Assembly (NCBI RefSeq): GCF_001949145.1
Contig: NW_019091356.1
Location: 4,012,934-4,076,933, forward strand
DNA: 64,000 nt
Reading direction: 5' to 3'
From: Acanthaster planci
Taxonomy: Eukaryota
Shown piece after piece: positions 50,987 to 64,000 of this stretch; position 1 is the first letter of the stretch, and every line of letters begins with the position of its first letter. The notes under the pieces were generated by a model that worked only from the letters and a program-made list of their open reading frames with translations, was not told where the DNA came from and searched no databases. Both the position numbers and the translations under genes were made by a program.

Positions 50987-53900
50987 ATGAGAATACGGTG
51001 GCAGATCGGGAGGTCCTCAGGCATGACCAGGTTTGTGTTTTCCCTGGCCGCCAGCGCCGTTGTGTTTCTGCTGGTGGCGGTTCGTCACTTTGCGACTGGA
51101 TGCAATATTGACGATTCTCCGGACAAGATCATTACTTTCAACGGTGAACCGGGAAGTTATTTTGGTTATACCGTGCAGCAACACAGGAATATCGCCGGGG
51201 CATGGTGAGTGACCACTCTGTTTGGCCCAATTGTGAGGTATCCTTCGTCCAGTTTTTTTTGGCCACTAAGAAGAGCATATATTCAAAGCCACTGTATACT
51301 TGATTTGTATACTTGAATGGATGAGTTAAAGTTATCACAACCCTTGAAATTATCAACAGACTGAACAGTATTGAATGTTTACTGTAAACTACGAAGCAAA
51401 ACACTCTTGACGAAGAAGTAACTGGAGACCAATTTAATACTACATGGGAATTTCACACACAACTATACACTAATTAATAACAGCTGTCGAGTGTTTTCTT
51501 CATCGAATAGTGTTTTGGTTTCCTTTGGACTTTGTTTCACTTTGCTCGTCCGTCAGCGTACCAGTGCGGATCCAGAAAATATTGTATAAAATTGAATGAC
51601 AATAATAGATGTCATTATTTGAGGGTTATTATTTGTACGGTGTATATCTGTAACAATGTAATGCAGTACAACAACCTATCTATCTATACAACAATCGAAC
51701 CTAACCAAAATTATGACAGGCCTGAACCACCCCCCTCAAATTTGTCTAGATACGCCCCTGGTGAAACCACTAATACTCCAGCAGGAAGATCGGAGATGAA
51801 AAGTACTGAAATTTCCAGGACATGCATAACCATGGTCATTTAAAATGACAGCTAACCACACTACTGTGCACAGCTTTCATTTTAAAAACTAAACAGCACG
51901 TTAACGGCCGACAAGGCTGTTCCTCATTGTTGATCGTTCCAGATGGAAAACCAACCATTCTTATATCAACTTATTCGGAATAACAAAGACGTCTGGGGAC
52001 AAACGAAATAGGTCAATTTATAGGGACTAAATTATTAAGTCATGGCACCAAAATTACGCTAAAATGATAATTAAGGCAACCCGACTGTGTTTAAACTTGA
52101 ATGTTTATGGACATGGATGTTGTAGCGTGGAGAACTGCTTGGAAAGTAATGCTAAATACATGTAAATTTGTTTCTGGGAAAAAACAAACAAGGTTATTAT
52201 CCTCCAAAAATAGTATTAAAAGGAAAGGAAACGTAAACGGGCATCATGATTCATTGATATTCCTGTCCTATCTGTAATCTTTCCTTTCCATTTCTGTTGT
52301 AGAAAAGCCCGAGGTTGTCAGTTACCCGGTTAATAGCATATACATGTATTTTGTTTCTACTCACAGGGTTCTGGTGGGAGCACCCCGCGGGCAAAGTAGT
52401 AGTCAATCGTCGATAGACAGACCAGGCGCCCTCTATCGGTGTCAAGCCAACCGGCCTCACAACTGCTACGAGGTGACGCTAGATCAGTCTGACGGTGAGT
52501 CTGGGCTTTGACCCAGGGACAGATCGAGCGATTTTCAGATCCAATTCGAATCGGGTCAGAAATATCCGCAGGAGTGAAGACTCGTTTTTGCATGGCCCGC
52601 GTCTACCTGCCCCATTTGTGACCCCTGCACTGTTGTTGTTAACGTCAGATAGATTAGATGAATTTTGGTGACCGCGTGGATTGACGAAAACAATCTGCCA
52701 ATCCTAGCCATTGCGATGATGTATGTCAGCTAGGAATCAGTCGTACAACTTCAGCTCATGAGAGTTGTCCTTCAATCCTCATGTGAGCAGCACTGACAAC
52801 ATTGCGAAAATAATGCAAAGGTCATGAAAGAAGACACAAATTGTCCTTGACATGTCCAGAAACACAAACAGATCACTAGGTTTGTTTTCTGCAAGCTGGA
52901 TGTTTAGATTGTCGTTTCGTTGCCATGTTTGTTTTGCTCCCTCAATAGAGAAAAACTCGTCGGCATTGAAGATGTACAGCCATTTTATTTCAATTATAAC
53001 GAAGTAAACAAAAAACATATACTATGCTGCAGTTGTGGCTTGTATAATGTTACTTGTCAATTTGATTTAAACGGTAGGAAACGAGGACTCCCCTCAAGAT
53101 AAAATTGTTGAAGTCAAGGACAACCAATGGCTCGGCGTGTCCCTTACAAGACAACCCACTGACGGTCGGGATGCATATGTAACGGTATGCTATAACAGCC
53201 AGTCGTCAAAACGGCGATTTTTCACTTTTCTCTGGGCAAAATACTGCAAAGAAAACTTTGCGCTTCTGACGGTGGTTCTTATATTTCTTGCGTGCCAAGT
53301 AGCCATTGACTGTAGCAAGTCCAGTTTCAAATTAATATAAACCAGTACCTGGCAAAGTGCGAGGTATACTTTGTAAAAGCTTTTTTCTAGGCAATTTGGC
53401 GTAGCGTGCTTTGATGTCTTTCTAATCAAACGCCCCGTTGCATCTGTCGATATGTTGTAGGTCTGTGGTCATTTGTCTGCCAACGACAACTACTTCGTGC
53501 GTCCCGAACCGACAGAAAGCGAGGAAGAGAGAAACGTGAGGGTGGACCGATACGTCAACGGAATCTGCTACACCATTGACTCCGACTTCAATGCTAATTC
53601 TGTTGTCAAGATGCGTCCTTGTCATGATGGCAAGTCCTTGGCTTGTGACTCCCACGGGTAGACTCGCTGAAAACTGTAGTGCTGATTTAACACCAGATTG
53701 GGTGTATCTGAGGGAGTTAAATTAACACTAATTTAGCATCACAGTTTTTGCAGAGTTGAGTGGCAACAAAACACCCACAAATACATGTATGCCTTGAACA
53801 CCGCACGCACTCTGAAACTGGTTGCTGTTCTTGCTTATTTAGCCTATAAGCAAAAATTGTTGCACAGCTTGTCGACTGAGGACGTGAAACAAAAAATTCC

Positions 53901-56900
53901 TCTGCCCACGACCTCGGTAGTTTTGCAAGTCTTTACTTGACAACATGGATCCAATGGAGGCCGCCCTCAAGAGGAAAATGTTTGCAAACCCCCTGGGTAC
54001 TGTTGGAAAACCTAACCTTCCATCCTATACAAAATGTGTGTGCACAAGAAGAACACAGTCTTGTTTAGCTGTTCTGTGCTACTGCATTTAAAAGAATCCA
54101 ACAGCCAACGATTAAAGGAATGAAATCTGAATATTGTTTTTGACAGAGTTGCAAGTGAATGGCACCTTTCGCTATCACAGCCACTGCCAGGCAGGAATTA
54201 GTGCTACCTACAACATGGATGGTAGTCGGCTCATTCTGGGTGCTGTCGGATCGTACGAGTGGAATGGTAAGCAAACTCTGGTGAAGTATGTTTGTCTCAT
54301 CACACAAGTGTTTATCTTAATTGGGTTTATGGTCAGTGATTTGGCGCCATTGTTGCTTAGATGTACACTTGAATGGAATATTTGAGGTAGGACATAAACT
54401 CTGGAGAATGATAAAGCCTCACTTAGGTCGGACTGAAAACCCATGCCTTGACAGGCATTGAACCGGCGACACGCAATTTGTAAGAAGAGTGGGAAGTGAG
54501 TGGGAATTACAATTTCAGTGGAAGGAGATTTGGGATGACAGCAGAACGTAACGTTATTTTTACAACCCAGCGGTATGTTGTTTCACAAATGACGCCCGTA
54601 AAACATCAATCCAAGCAGGAGGAAGGAATAACACACGATAAGGTTCATTTTATGCTATTCCTGTGCCGACATTCCGTCGCCCACAAATTTGAGTTAGCGA
54701 TACCCCCTTTCACACCCAGGAAACTTGCGTGGAAAGAGACATTTGACAATTTGGGTCATCTCTCTGGGTGAAGCTAACCAATGTTGTCCACAGTCATTCA
54801 GATTACAATTCGCAGGACAGAAACTGCAGTATACCTACACCAGAGCTCAGTTGTTGAAACTTAACCGAAGTCAACGATGACTCACAACTTAGGTTGGGGA
54901 CTCACCATAGAGCTAGGAACACATGGTCTCAGCGATATATTCTTGAAGTTTTTCAAACTCTAGCTGACCGAGGAAGATTGATTTAAAATACTCTTCTGTC
55001 CAGGGACCACGATTGAAGCGACACGACAGGCAAGCAACTTTCGGTACAACGTTGGTCAGCTAAGCGACTGGGGAGTGCCAAGTAAGGGGCGAACCGAATA
55101 CAGAGGTGAGCTCGAAAGGGGAAGAGCCATAAATGCCGTGGGCCATGTTTCTGAAAGGTTGCCGAAACAATTGCAATGGAATGCTTGCTGAGGTTAAATA
55201 ATTATTGAAGTGGTCTTCCTCGTCAGGGCAAGCAACAGATTCACAGAAACCGTTCAGGAAGTTTGAGAATTTATGGCATCTGCAGCAATGCACAGGAATT
55301 TACAACACAACATATCCAGTTGCTTTTCCTCTGCAGTTTACTTTTAGATGTCTATCATCGTAACCCTCTTGAAGATACATTTTAACTTTTTATTTCTGAC
55401 TTGCAGGTTATTCTGTGTCGACTGGCAAATTCCTAACTGTGGACACAGAGCAGGGCGTCACAGGGGCGCCCAGGTCACAACAGATCGGGAAGGTTACTAT
55501 TTACGACTTGGAGACCTTCCAAGTGTACACTGAGCTCCTGGGTGAAATGGTAAAAGTTATTTAAAGTGAAAACCTTCCAGAAAAAGTAAGAATTGCAAGT
55601 TTGAATCTTCTTACAGAATATGGCTGTCATGTGCATTTAGTGACGAGACACCCTATCCTGAACTATGTGAACCATATCTGCTGCTCACCTGTGTTCCCGC
55701 CGAATCTCTTTGCGCACAGATGAGCACGTACTACGGTTGCGCTGTGCAGGGTGTCGACCTCAACGGTGATGGACTGTCTGATCTTCTTGTGGGGGCGCCC
55801 TTGTACTCGGACGTGATGGACGAGGGGAGAGTCTATGTGTACATCAATAAAGGAGAGGTACCTTTAGTCGACGAAATTACTAACTGGAAAAATATCACTT
55901 TTGATATGTGACAGGCTATGAAGACGACAGACATACATGTATATTTCTTTGCTAAATGGACAAATGGGCGACGGGTATTGAGACTCGGCCAATGGGAAGC
56001 AACTTCTTAGGAGGCTGCTATAATAACAAACTCAAAAGGAGCACTGACAGGGTCAGAGTACTGAACAAAGATTGCTAGTTGAAAGAGAGGTATAAGGAGT
56101 TCTTAAAAACGAAGCAATTCTTGGTGTTTTTTGTCTAAGTTAACTTCTCACTCTTGCTTGTTTCAGGCCAGGATGGAGCAGCTGAGTTTCAAGCTGGAAG
56201 GATCCAACGCCGTCGGTGGGCGGTTTGGTACAAGCATCGCTTACATCAAGGACGTTAACCTGGATGGATTTAATGGTACGTGGGATTTTCTAGGCAAACT
56301 GTGCCATCCACTCGTAGACGATGCCCTGAAGGGCTCTGTCTACTCGGGCGTAGAATTCTTTCCTGTCCCGCCCTATTTCATGTACTCTATTGTGATTCAG
56401 CTGGTATCGTTGTTCCCCATGCGCAGATGTAGCGATTGCAGCTCCTTACGAGGACGAGAACACTGGGGCAGTGTATATCTACAGAGGCGATCGAACCGGT
56501 ATCCAGAGAAGATACTCCCAGGTAGAAACCAGAAAAGCAGATTTCTAGAGGGACATTTAGATAGGAAGGGAAACAGACAGATATACAAGGAGCTTTAAGC
56601 TATCCTGTGGGAAAACGGAAAGATCTCTCCAACCAAGGGACTACATGTATACAGACGAAACTAAACGCGTTGAATGCAGAAAGCATGCTTATTACTATGA
56701 AATGACACAATACATGTATAGACCAACAAGTTGGAAAAACCCTAAAGCCACAAAGAATAAGGTTTTCAGTCGAAGTTAAACTCATTACAGGAGTAAATAC
56801 GAGATAGTTGGCTTGGCTTTTATATGTGGGTTTCCCCCATTAATTGAACAGCGCCTTGCCGCCAGAGATCTACTGCCCGGTGTCACGAGCTTTGGCAGTT

Positions 56901-59900
56901 CCATTGCCGGAGGGATGGACATTGATTTCAACTTCTACCCTGATCTTGTGGTCGGCTCTTATGCAAATGATGAAGTCTACATGTTCAAGTAAGTTCCTGT
57001 GCTCTCATTGCGCAGACAGTTTTGAGTTTGCTGTTGACTTTTGACTGTGACCATAATTAATCTCCTCGCGTTGCATTTCCCCTCATGCTCCTGATTATTT
57101 TCACATTTCAGAACCTTGCCTGTGGTCAAGCTGCGCGTGTGGATCGAGGTGTCTCCCGAGACCCTCGACCCTGAGTTCAATAACTGCGAGCTAGGGGGTC
57201 GCAAGATCACGTGTTTGACTGTCAAGGCATGCTTTGATTACACCGACGTGCATGGCTTGCCAGATAAGATCAGTAAGTGAAAACCTAACAAGTGTTCAGT
57301 TTCAACTGTCTGATGAATAAAGCATTCATCTTAAACAGATCTTCAACAGCTGCCTAAACTCACCTTTCCAAGAAGCATTTCCATACAATACTTCACTTTT
57401 ACCAGTGTCAGCTCATAATCGTTTGTCATTTTAAGTATTCTAACACTTGAAACGTAGTGGAAGCTAAGCTTTTCAATATTCTTGAACAAGACACAATTTT
57501 CTCTTCTCAAGGTGCTAGCAAATAGCTTGAAGTTATACAACCGCTCAACTCAGACAGAAATCAGACAGAATCAGCTATTGCCTGAAGGTGATGACCCTTG
57601 GTACCCACACCTGATTTCCCATGGGGCATGTGTTTCATTGAATGCAACAGACTTGGTAACCAGGGTGTTTCATTTTGGGGTCCGTTTCTGAGCAGAATTC
57701 GACTACACCCTGGAGGTGGATGTACTCAAGACAGACCTGTCGGCCACGCCGAGGTTCTTTTTCCAGGGGGAAGCAGGTCAACAGATCAACTCGGTGGCGG
57801 CCACAATTGAACTCACCAAAAGCCAACCCAGCTGCTATCCGCGATTTGTTTATCTCAAGGTTTGACTTGTTGCAGCGTTTGCTGAGAGTTTCAAGTAGAG
57901 CTGAATTTCTTGGCAGGGGAACAAGCCCATGTTCTTTCTCTAAAGGGAAGGAAATGTAACTACTTTTGCATTTTTGCTTCGTCAAAATTATTTTTATAAA
58001 AGCTTTCACGGCACATTTAAATTTGATTGACTTTTAATACATCCTCTAGAATTTGCCTTAAAAGAACAAATTTAATGTAACCCTTTGAAAAGGAATTACA
58101 AAGAATAAACCCAAAGTGAATGGTCCCAAAGAAAACAGAACTGCACAACACCCAGCCCCCCCCCCCCAAAAAAAACTTTTACTCTAGCCCAGACAGCAAA
58201 AATAGCCCAACCTACTAGTCTCAGTTCCTGTCTGTTTGACGGCAGAGCGAGGCCCGGGATTTCCTGACTCCTGTTCGTTTCCTGCTGACTTACGACATTT
58301 GGGACTATCCGGACGAGCCTCCAAGGCGTGGTGACGAGGTGTCCTCCCCCTTCCCAGGTGGTCTACCTCCAGTGATAGACAACCCGTCCTGTTCTAATGG
58401 AACTGCCGAGAAAACCGTAAGAAAACGCACGATTAATTAGTTTCTTGAAGTTTCAGTTTCAAGCAGGAACCTCGACCTTCGCGTCATTTCTCCACCAATA
58501 AGTGATCACTTGCCTCTAATTAAACCTATAAAGTAAGCTTGAAATGCCTTCTTAACACACTCAGTACCAACATCACTAAGACCCATTTATCATTTCGTCA
58601 CGGCTGTTAGTTCTTAATACTGAAGCAACGGACGACTACTTCACGAAAGCCAATGGTCTCTGTGCAGGTTTGTTTTTCTGAGGTGCTGCAAAGTCTGCAC
58701 TTGCGCCTTCATAACTATATGCCACCCAGAAGACTCTGTTTTATAAATCAACCACAAATTAACCTGGTGTTCTCATCTGTTTGGTATCATAAGGTGCTGT
58801 TTATCCAAGACTGCGGTAACGATTCTATTTGCCAGACCGATCTCAGAGTTATTGCTGACCTCTTTCTGTCAAGGTAAATCTACCAGAATTTGTTTTTTTC
58901 TCTCGAAGGGGCAACTGGACTTGGTGTTTACACGCATCGATCTACTCGTTCCTAGAGATGAAGAGGGTTTTTACGATATCTGACAATCATTCTGACTGCT
59001 AAAACCTTCCTAACTGCCCGAGAAAACCGTTCAACAATCAATGTAGACGTGTCTTTAGATTTTTGAAAAAAATCAACCCACCACGTTATCATTAAATTGT
59101 CTTACAATGGTATCTAGGGGTAACAACATTATGTTGGCACTTAGAAACGACTCAACAAGAGGTTGAGAGATGAAGAATTCTCTCTTTAGACTACTTCAAC
59201 ATAAAATGCAGAAGAAATTACGAAAACCTTGAAAACCTGTGTGTGTGACCTTGTGAAATGCGTAAAAATACTCTCGTCAATGCACCTACTGTTCTTCAAA
59301 ATGTAATAATTATATTTTGAACAAAATATTAGAATCAATACGAGTCCATCAATACCAAAACAGAGAATTTCTAATAATAATTTTTAGAAGCTTTTGTAGC
59401 AATATGTAGCCACTTTCAACTAATATATCTCCTTTCAGTGGTAACCCCTACATTACTCTAGGAGGCGATGGGGTCGTTTACCTCATGGTGCAGGTGCAAA
59501 ACCTGGGAGAGGAAGCTCACCAGGCAGAACTGCTCATCAGCCACTCACGAGAAATTGTCTTTGAGTCGCTGGAGTCAAGAACAGTGAGTAAAGCTACCAG
59601 CGAGCCTCCCCCCGCCAAGCTTACCGTTTTCTGACAACTGATATTTACAAAGGGAAATAAGTTTGAAAGGAAAACCTAAAAACAGAAAGAACCCTTAAAG
59701 TCCTCGATACAAGTCCTTCTTTAAAATCAGCGTAGTTGGAGTCCCTATTCCAACAGTCTGGGCAGCACGGAATGTCTAATTATTTCTCTGAAATTTCTTC
59801 ACGAGGTGGAATGCATAACGGATCGATTGGGGGCTCGTACCTGCTCTTCAGACAACGTTGTGACATGTGAACCCAGGGAAGCCATTAATGAAACAGCCGA

Positions 59901-62552
59901 AGTGTTATGTTCCCTTGGTAATCCGATGCGATCCCGGACAGTAGTGAGTACTGTTTGAATACATTTATTTTCATTTCAACACAAGGTACAAAAATACAGT
60001 ATTACATATAACAACATAATTATGATGGTTGAAATGGAGGCACATCCAATGAAGCAGAGCTTGTGGCTGATGTGCCAATATGGCTTTGGAGAGTATGGTT
60101 TTTTCTACATGTATTTAATTGTTTGTAAGGCTGGCTATGGTGATGGTGAATACCTAATGATGGTGGGGTGACGATGGTCTTAGTGGTGGTCATGATGCTA
60201 GAGGTGATGACAGTGATTTATTGGATGGTGATTAGGGGATAGTGACGATGGTAATGAGGGTGCTGGTGGTGCCAATGATTATGATCATGGAGTGTATGTG
60301 GTGAAGCTGGTTCTGCATGTCACTGATAAAACTGTACTTTTGTGTACTAATTTAGTAACATTTTCCCGCCAGAATATCTTGCGTATGCGGTTTGACGTTG
60401 GCGGCATGTCCTATGGTAGGCGAATTGTTGACTTCACGGCTAAAGCGACAACCCTGAGTGTTGAACAGAACAACACCCTGACTGACAACACCGATACGGT
60501 CAGCTTGCCTGTCAGAATAGTGGCAGATGTTGTCGCACGGGGGTAAACCTACTTTACTTAACATTTCACTGTGTTAGAAAGAACCATTTAAAAATGTCCA
60601 CTGCAGGTCATTTGTGGTTTTTAAGCCAGAAATGGAAACATCACACCGCGACGATTTGTTACACTGTGCCCCACCAGAACCTTTTGCTTGGCATTGCCAA
60701 CTTTTGATGTTCTAGAGTTTGAGTTTTATGGTATTCTAGATTCGGCTAACATGAAGAAAAGAAATTTCACCTTGCCATATTAAACTAGTCGGATTTTTTT
60801 TATTTCCACTGCAGTGCCGTGCAGCCTGAGCAGTTGTTTTACTTCCCAGACAACGAGACCATAGACGGCAAAACACCAGACAAGGAGGCCCTCTTGCGAG
60901 CAGCTTTAGAAGCTGCGGGAATCCTGGAGGGAGAGGTCACGTCTACCGACAAGGCGATTGGACCCTCCTTCGCACATGCGTATGAGGTAGAGTATAGAAA
61001 GAAGTTTTGAGAGTCGACAACTTGTGAAGCTTGAAAGAATGGATGATTTTTGACTTGTTTGATTGGTCGTCAGGGGATTTTTCCGGCATCTTCCTGGTTT
61101 CTAAGCAGCCTAACTCTTTACAAAACATTGCCACTTTTCTTCTTTTGAATCTGTTGACAGTCGAACTATATTCCGTCAATACTACTTCACAGTGAAATTT
61201 GGACAAAAATGGAAACTACGTCACAAAAGTTCTACCTCTTGTTCCAAAGTTGGTTCCTGCATATTTAACCACACATTTTATGCTTGACTTTGTAAGCATG
61301 GTAATAACCTCCATTAATTTGACGTGATTTCTTATTTTTCATGAATGATTTCAGGCTCGTAATCTTGGCCCAGGTCGCCTCCCCTTGGACTCCATCATTA
61401 CGATTCAGTTGCCATGGAGAGCACCCAACGGTGATTGGTTGATTTTCATCCAGAATATCCAAGTAAGTCGTCACTTGCAGAAAAAGACGTGTTGTTCTTT
61501 CTTTCAACGTTTTGGGACCTGGTTGATGGGTGTTTCTTAGAATATGGAATGCTCCGTTATTGTTTTGTGTTTATATGACACAGAAATGGGAAACTTATTT
61601 TAGCTTCAGAAAAGTGAGAGTAGTCACTCTTGACAGTTACAAAAATCTGTCAAAAAGTACACGTTCAGTTATCAATCTTGAGCGTTGTTACGAAGCAACA
61701 TTGTGTAGAACTTAAATCTGGAAAATGGAAAGATGATTTTATGCCGTAATAAATCAGTTTGGAAAAAAAGCAACTACAAGTACTTGATTTCTTTTTTTTC
61801 CCCAGCTGAACGGGGAAGGCTTATGCAATGGTGAAAGTATTCTGGAATTACAAAGGACTCAAATGAGGGAACATTACATTGGTCAGACTGGCACCCTATC
61901 CAACACACCCCACGAGATACCTCCCAGCAGCGGAGACGGATCAGACAACCGAGAAATCGTGAGTGAAGGCTCGGACCGCATCCCACAGGCAGTCATGGCA
62001 CCCCATGCATGTTATTTCCTATAAGCCCTGACATTTAACTCCCAGACGTCGGGAATGGGGAATACGTATTCGTGTCTGAAAAGGGAAAGCGTAATTAAAA
62101 TAACAAGTCCCAACGTACACCGGATTTAATTTGGTTTGAGTTTCATAGGGAATCGGGCATAGACTGCAAAGGAGTTTTTATGCGAAGAAGAAAGTCTTAT
62201 TTGTGAATCCAAACAAGCATCGCCTCAAGTCAAAACACGTTTTGACCAAAGACATGCAGCTGAATGTACCATCATCTGCGCCAAACAAACTTGCAACATG
62301 TTCTTGACAATAGCAGAATTTCCACATTTTGATACAGTTGTAGCATTAAAATACCGTCTTTGCGGTGCCTTCATTACGTCAAGAGGTGTTGAATTCCAGA
62401 CAATAAGAATATTCTGTTTCCCGTTATCTTTATAGGGTTGTGGTAATACCTTATGCGTCACTATCACGTGTGGCATCAAGGGACCAATCATCGCTGGTCA
62501 GGGAGCCGTTGTTGACATGGATGCTGTGCTTTGGCAACGCACGTTGATCGAT
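50987..62552 (+). CDS. Integrin alpha subunit, alpha-4/alpha-9-like, no I-domain; 22 coding exons seen, TM and cytoplasmic exons not found in the window
   Basis: Exons 50987 (or ATG 51023)-51204, 52367-52494, 53078-53184, 53461-53629 (GC donor), 54147-54266, 55004-55105, 55407-55549, 55720-55857, 56167-56275, 56427-56521, 56852-56988, 57112-57272, 57696-57859, 58246-58416, 58794-58873, 59439-59583, 59806-59943, 60373-60542, 60815-60986, 61355-61462, 61806-61958, 62436-62552, all in phase. Signal peptide; FG-GAP repeats ([29 protein letters not shown]...[29 protein letters not shown]...[39 protein letters not shown]); genu [18 protein letters not shown]. Confidence 0.93.
53662..53756. mobile_element. 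Small degenerate inverted-repeat element in integrin intron 4
   Basis: ACTCGCTGAAAACTGTAGTGCTGATTTA versus the reverse complement of the right end, ACTCTGCAAAAACTGTGATGCTAAATTA; a similar terminus CACTGCAAAAACTGTG occurs at 41016. Confidence 0.45.
60135..60290. repeat. Degenerate (GAT/GGT)n low-complexity tract
   Basis: Intronic run of GGTGATGGT/GATGAT-type triplets. Confidence 0.7.
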
Positions 62553-64000
62553 GTAAGAGCTTGATATCAGTCGCTGGTCACAGCACCGCCGCAATCAAAG
62601 GATTAACGTAGTTTTGGATCTTTAATGATCCTGTTGATGGAATAATTAGCATTTTCTAACAGCACGTCAACTTCCAGGGAGCACACATTCTATGATGGAA
62701 ATCTACCCTACAACCTCAAAAGGCCGTATTTATTTATTTACTGTTTAATTTAATCAGGGTATCGTCAGTAAGACTTACTGCTATTAATGAGGGCTCTGGA
62801 CATAAAACAAATTATCGTATACAGGAATAGAAAACTGAGAAACCAAAATAAAAAAATCTACAAAAGTAAGTCAAAAGTTAATCAAGAATAAGAAAAGACA
62901 ACCAAACAACAAAAAAAAACCCTACTTTGTAGTTTTAATACTATGACTTTTGTAGTCATAGTACTCATGATCAGTAGCACTTTTTCTTGGATTGTAGCAG
63001 TAGTGCTTAAATTGAGTATTATTGCATGTACTTCTGACTAGTACCTACTACTTACACTAAAACAACTTCAAGACCGATCTAGTGACAAGAAGCAGGAGCC
63101 ATTAGTGAGGTGTCCTCACGCGCGTGTACAGAAGACACGCACACTGAATGCTTTCTCATCAGCCAATGGGAGCGTACTTCGAACTAAAATCATGCGCTCG
63201 TCAAGCTTAGGAACGTGTGCCTGAGTAACGGGGACCTAGCAGTAATAGCGTCAGCGAATCGCTCTATACAACTTGAAGCAAGAGTAGTCAAAATGCTCCC
63301 AGAAGGCAATATACTGGTGCTTCACTGTGCCTTTACTCTGATGCTATACATGCGAAACTGTGCGCGTTTACCAAGGACAAGAGTGGGTGTATTCGATTTA
63401 GCATCTGGACGAGGCATATTTACTCATTTCAAGCCTCAGTTTTTAAAAATCCACGCAAACATACAGACAGAGGTGAATGAGGAGGTGTGGTTAGTAAGGA
63501 GTTCAGAATGTGTAATCCGTTGGTAGTTTCACCCTAACGGAGCCCAGGCGTGTTAGTTCTCCTCGTCAACATTTCTCCAATATCGTGGCAGTTTGGCCGG
63601 GATTTTTTCATTGTATTGCGCTGAGCCTGAGGGGTTCTTTCAGTAACATTCTGCGGTCGTTTGGAAACCAATTTTGTGAAATCAGACATGCCTATACTTG
63701 CATAACGCGTATTTTTCCGAGACAGGGCAACCTAAAATCCATGCTTTTTCCATTGCGTGTTCAATTCACGAGGGACAACACGCTTTAGGGTGTAAACTTC
63801 AAATGACCACAACATCAACACCCTGTGTTATACTCAAGTAAAACCAGATTGTTCTCTCCTGATAATGACTGCCTTTACATGCGTGTGAAGTTTCAAAACG
63901 ATCGGGCATTTTACAGCTGAGTTCGGGGGGGGGGTCGGCGAAATCTGCCCCGGCTGTCAAATGGTCCAAAATAACCCGGTTAAGTTCCAACGAGAAATTT

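Noticed and set aside
62553..64000. Remaining integrin exons (end of calf-2, TM helix, GFFKR tail)
   Set aside because: No in-frame exon homologous to 2433-2537 or later was found; they probably lie beyond the window.

Overview
Eukaryotic, intron-rich animal genomic DNA, most likely from a marine invertebrate; I cannot name the species. Four spliced genes can be assembled by hand with consistent splice phases. (1) The 3' part of an integrin alpha gene (+, 790-3722, ending in a TM helix and KCGFFRR tail). (2) A complete 6-exon SWEET1/SLC50A1 sugar transporter (-, 11400-15566). (3) A complete 12-exon ceramide kinase-like gene (CERKL-type, +, 23807-42567) whose catalytic motifs look degenerate. 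(4) A second, alpha-4/alpha-9-like integrin alpha (+, 50987-62552) whose last exons were not found and probably lie beyond the window. Non-coding content includes a 2.8-kb higher-order ~97-bp satellite, piggyBac-, Harbinger- and hAT-like and foldback MITEs, a tRNA-derived SINE, a candidate Penelope-type minimal hammerhead ribozyme, microsatellites and an assembly gap. No CRISPR array, rRNA, intact tRNA or intact transposase was seen. The most notable points are the CERKL/alpha-4/9-integrin linkage (as in vertebrates), the pseudokinase-like CERKL, and the satellite and MITE architecture. All coordinates were read by eye.
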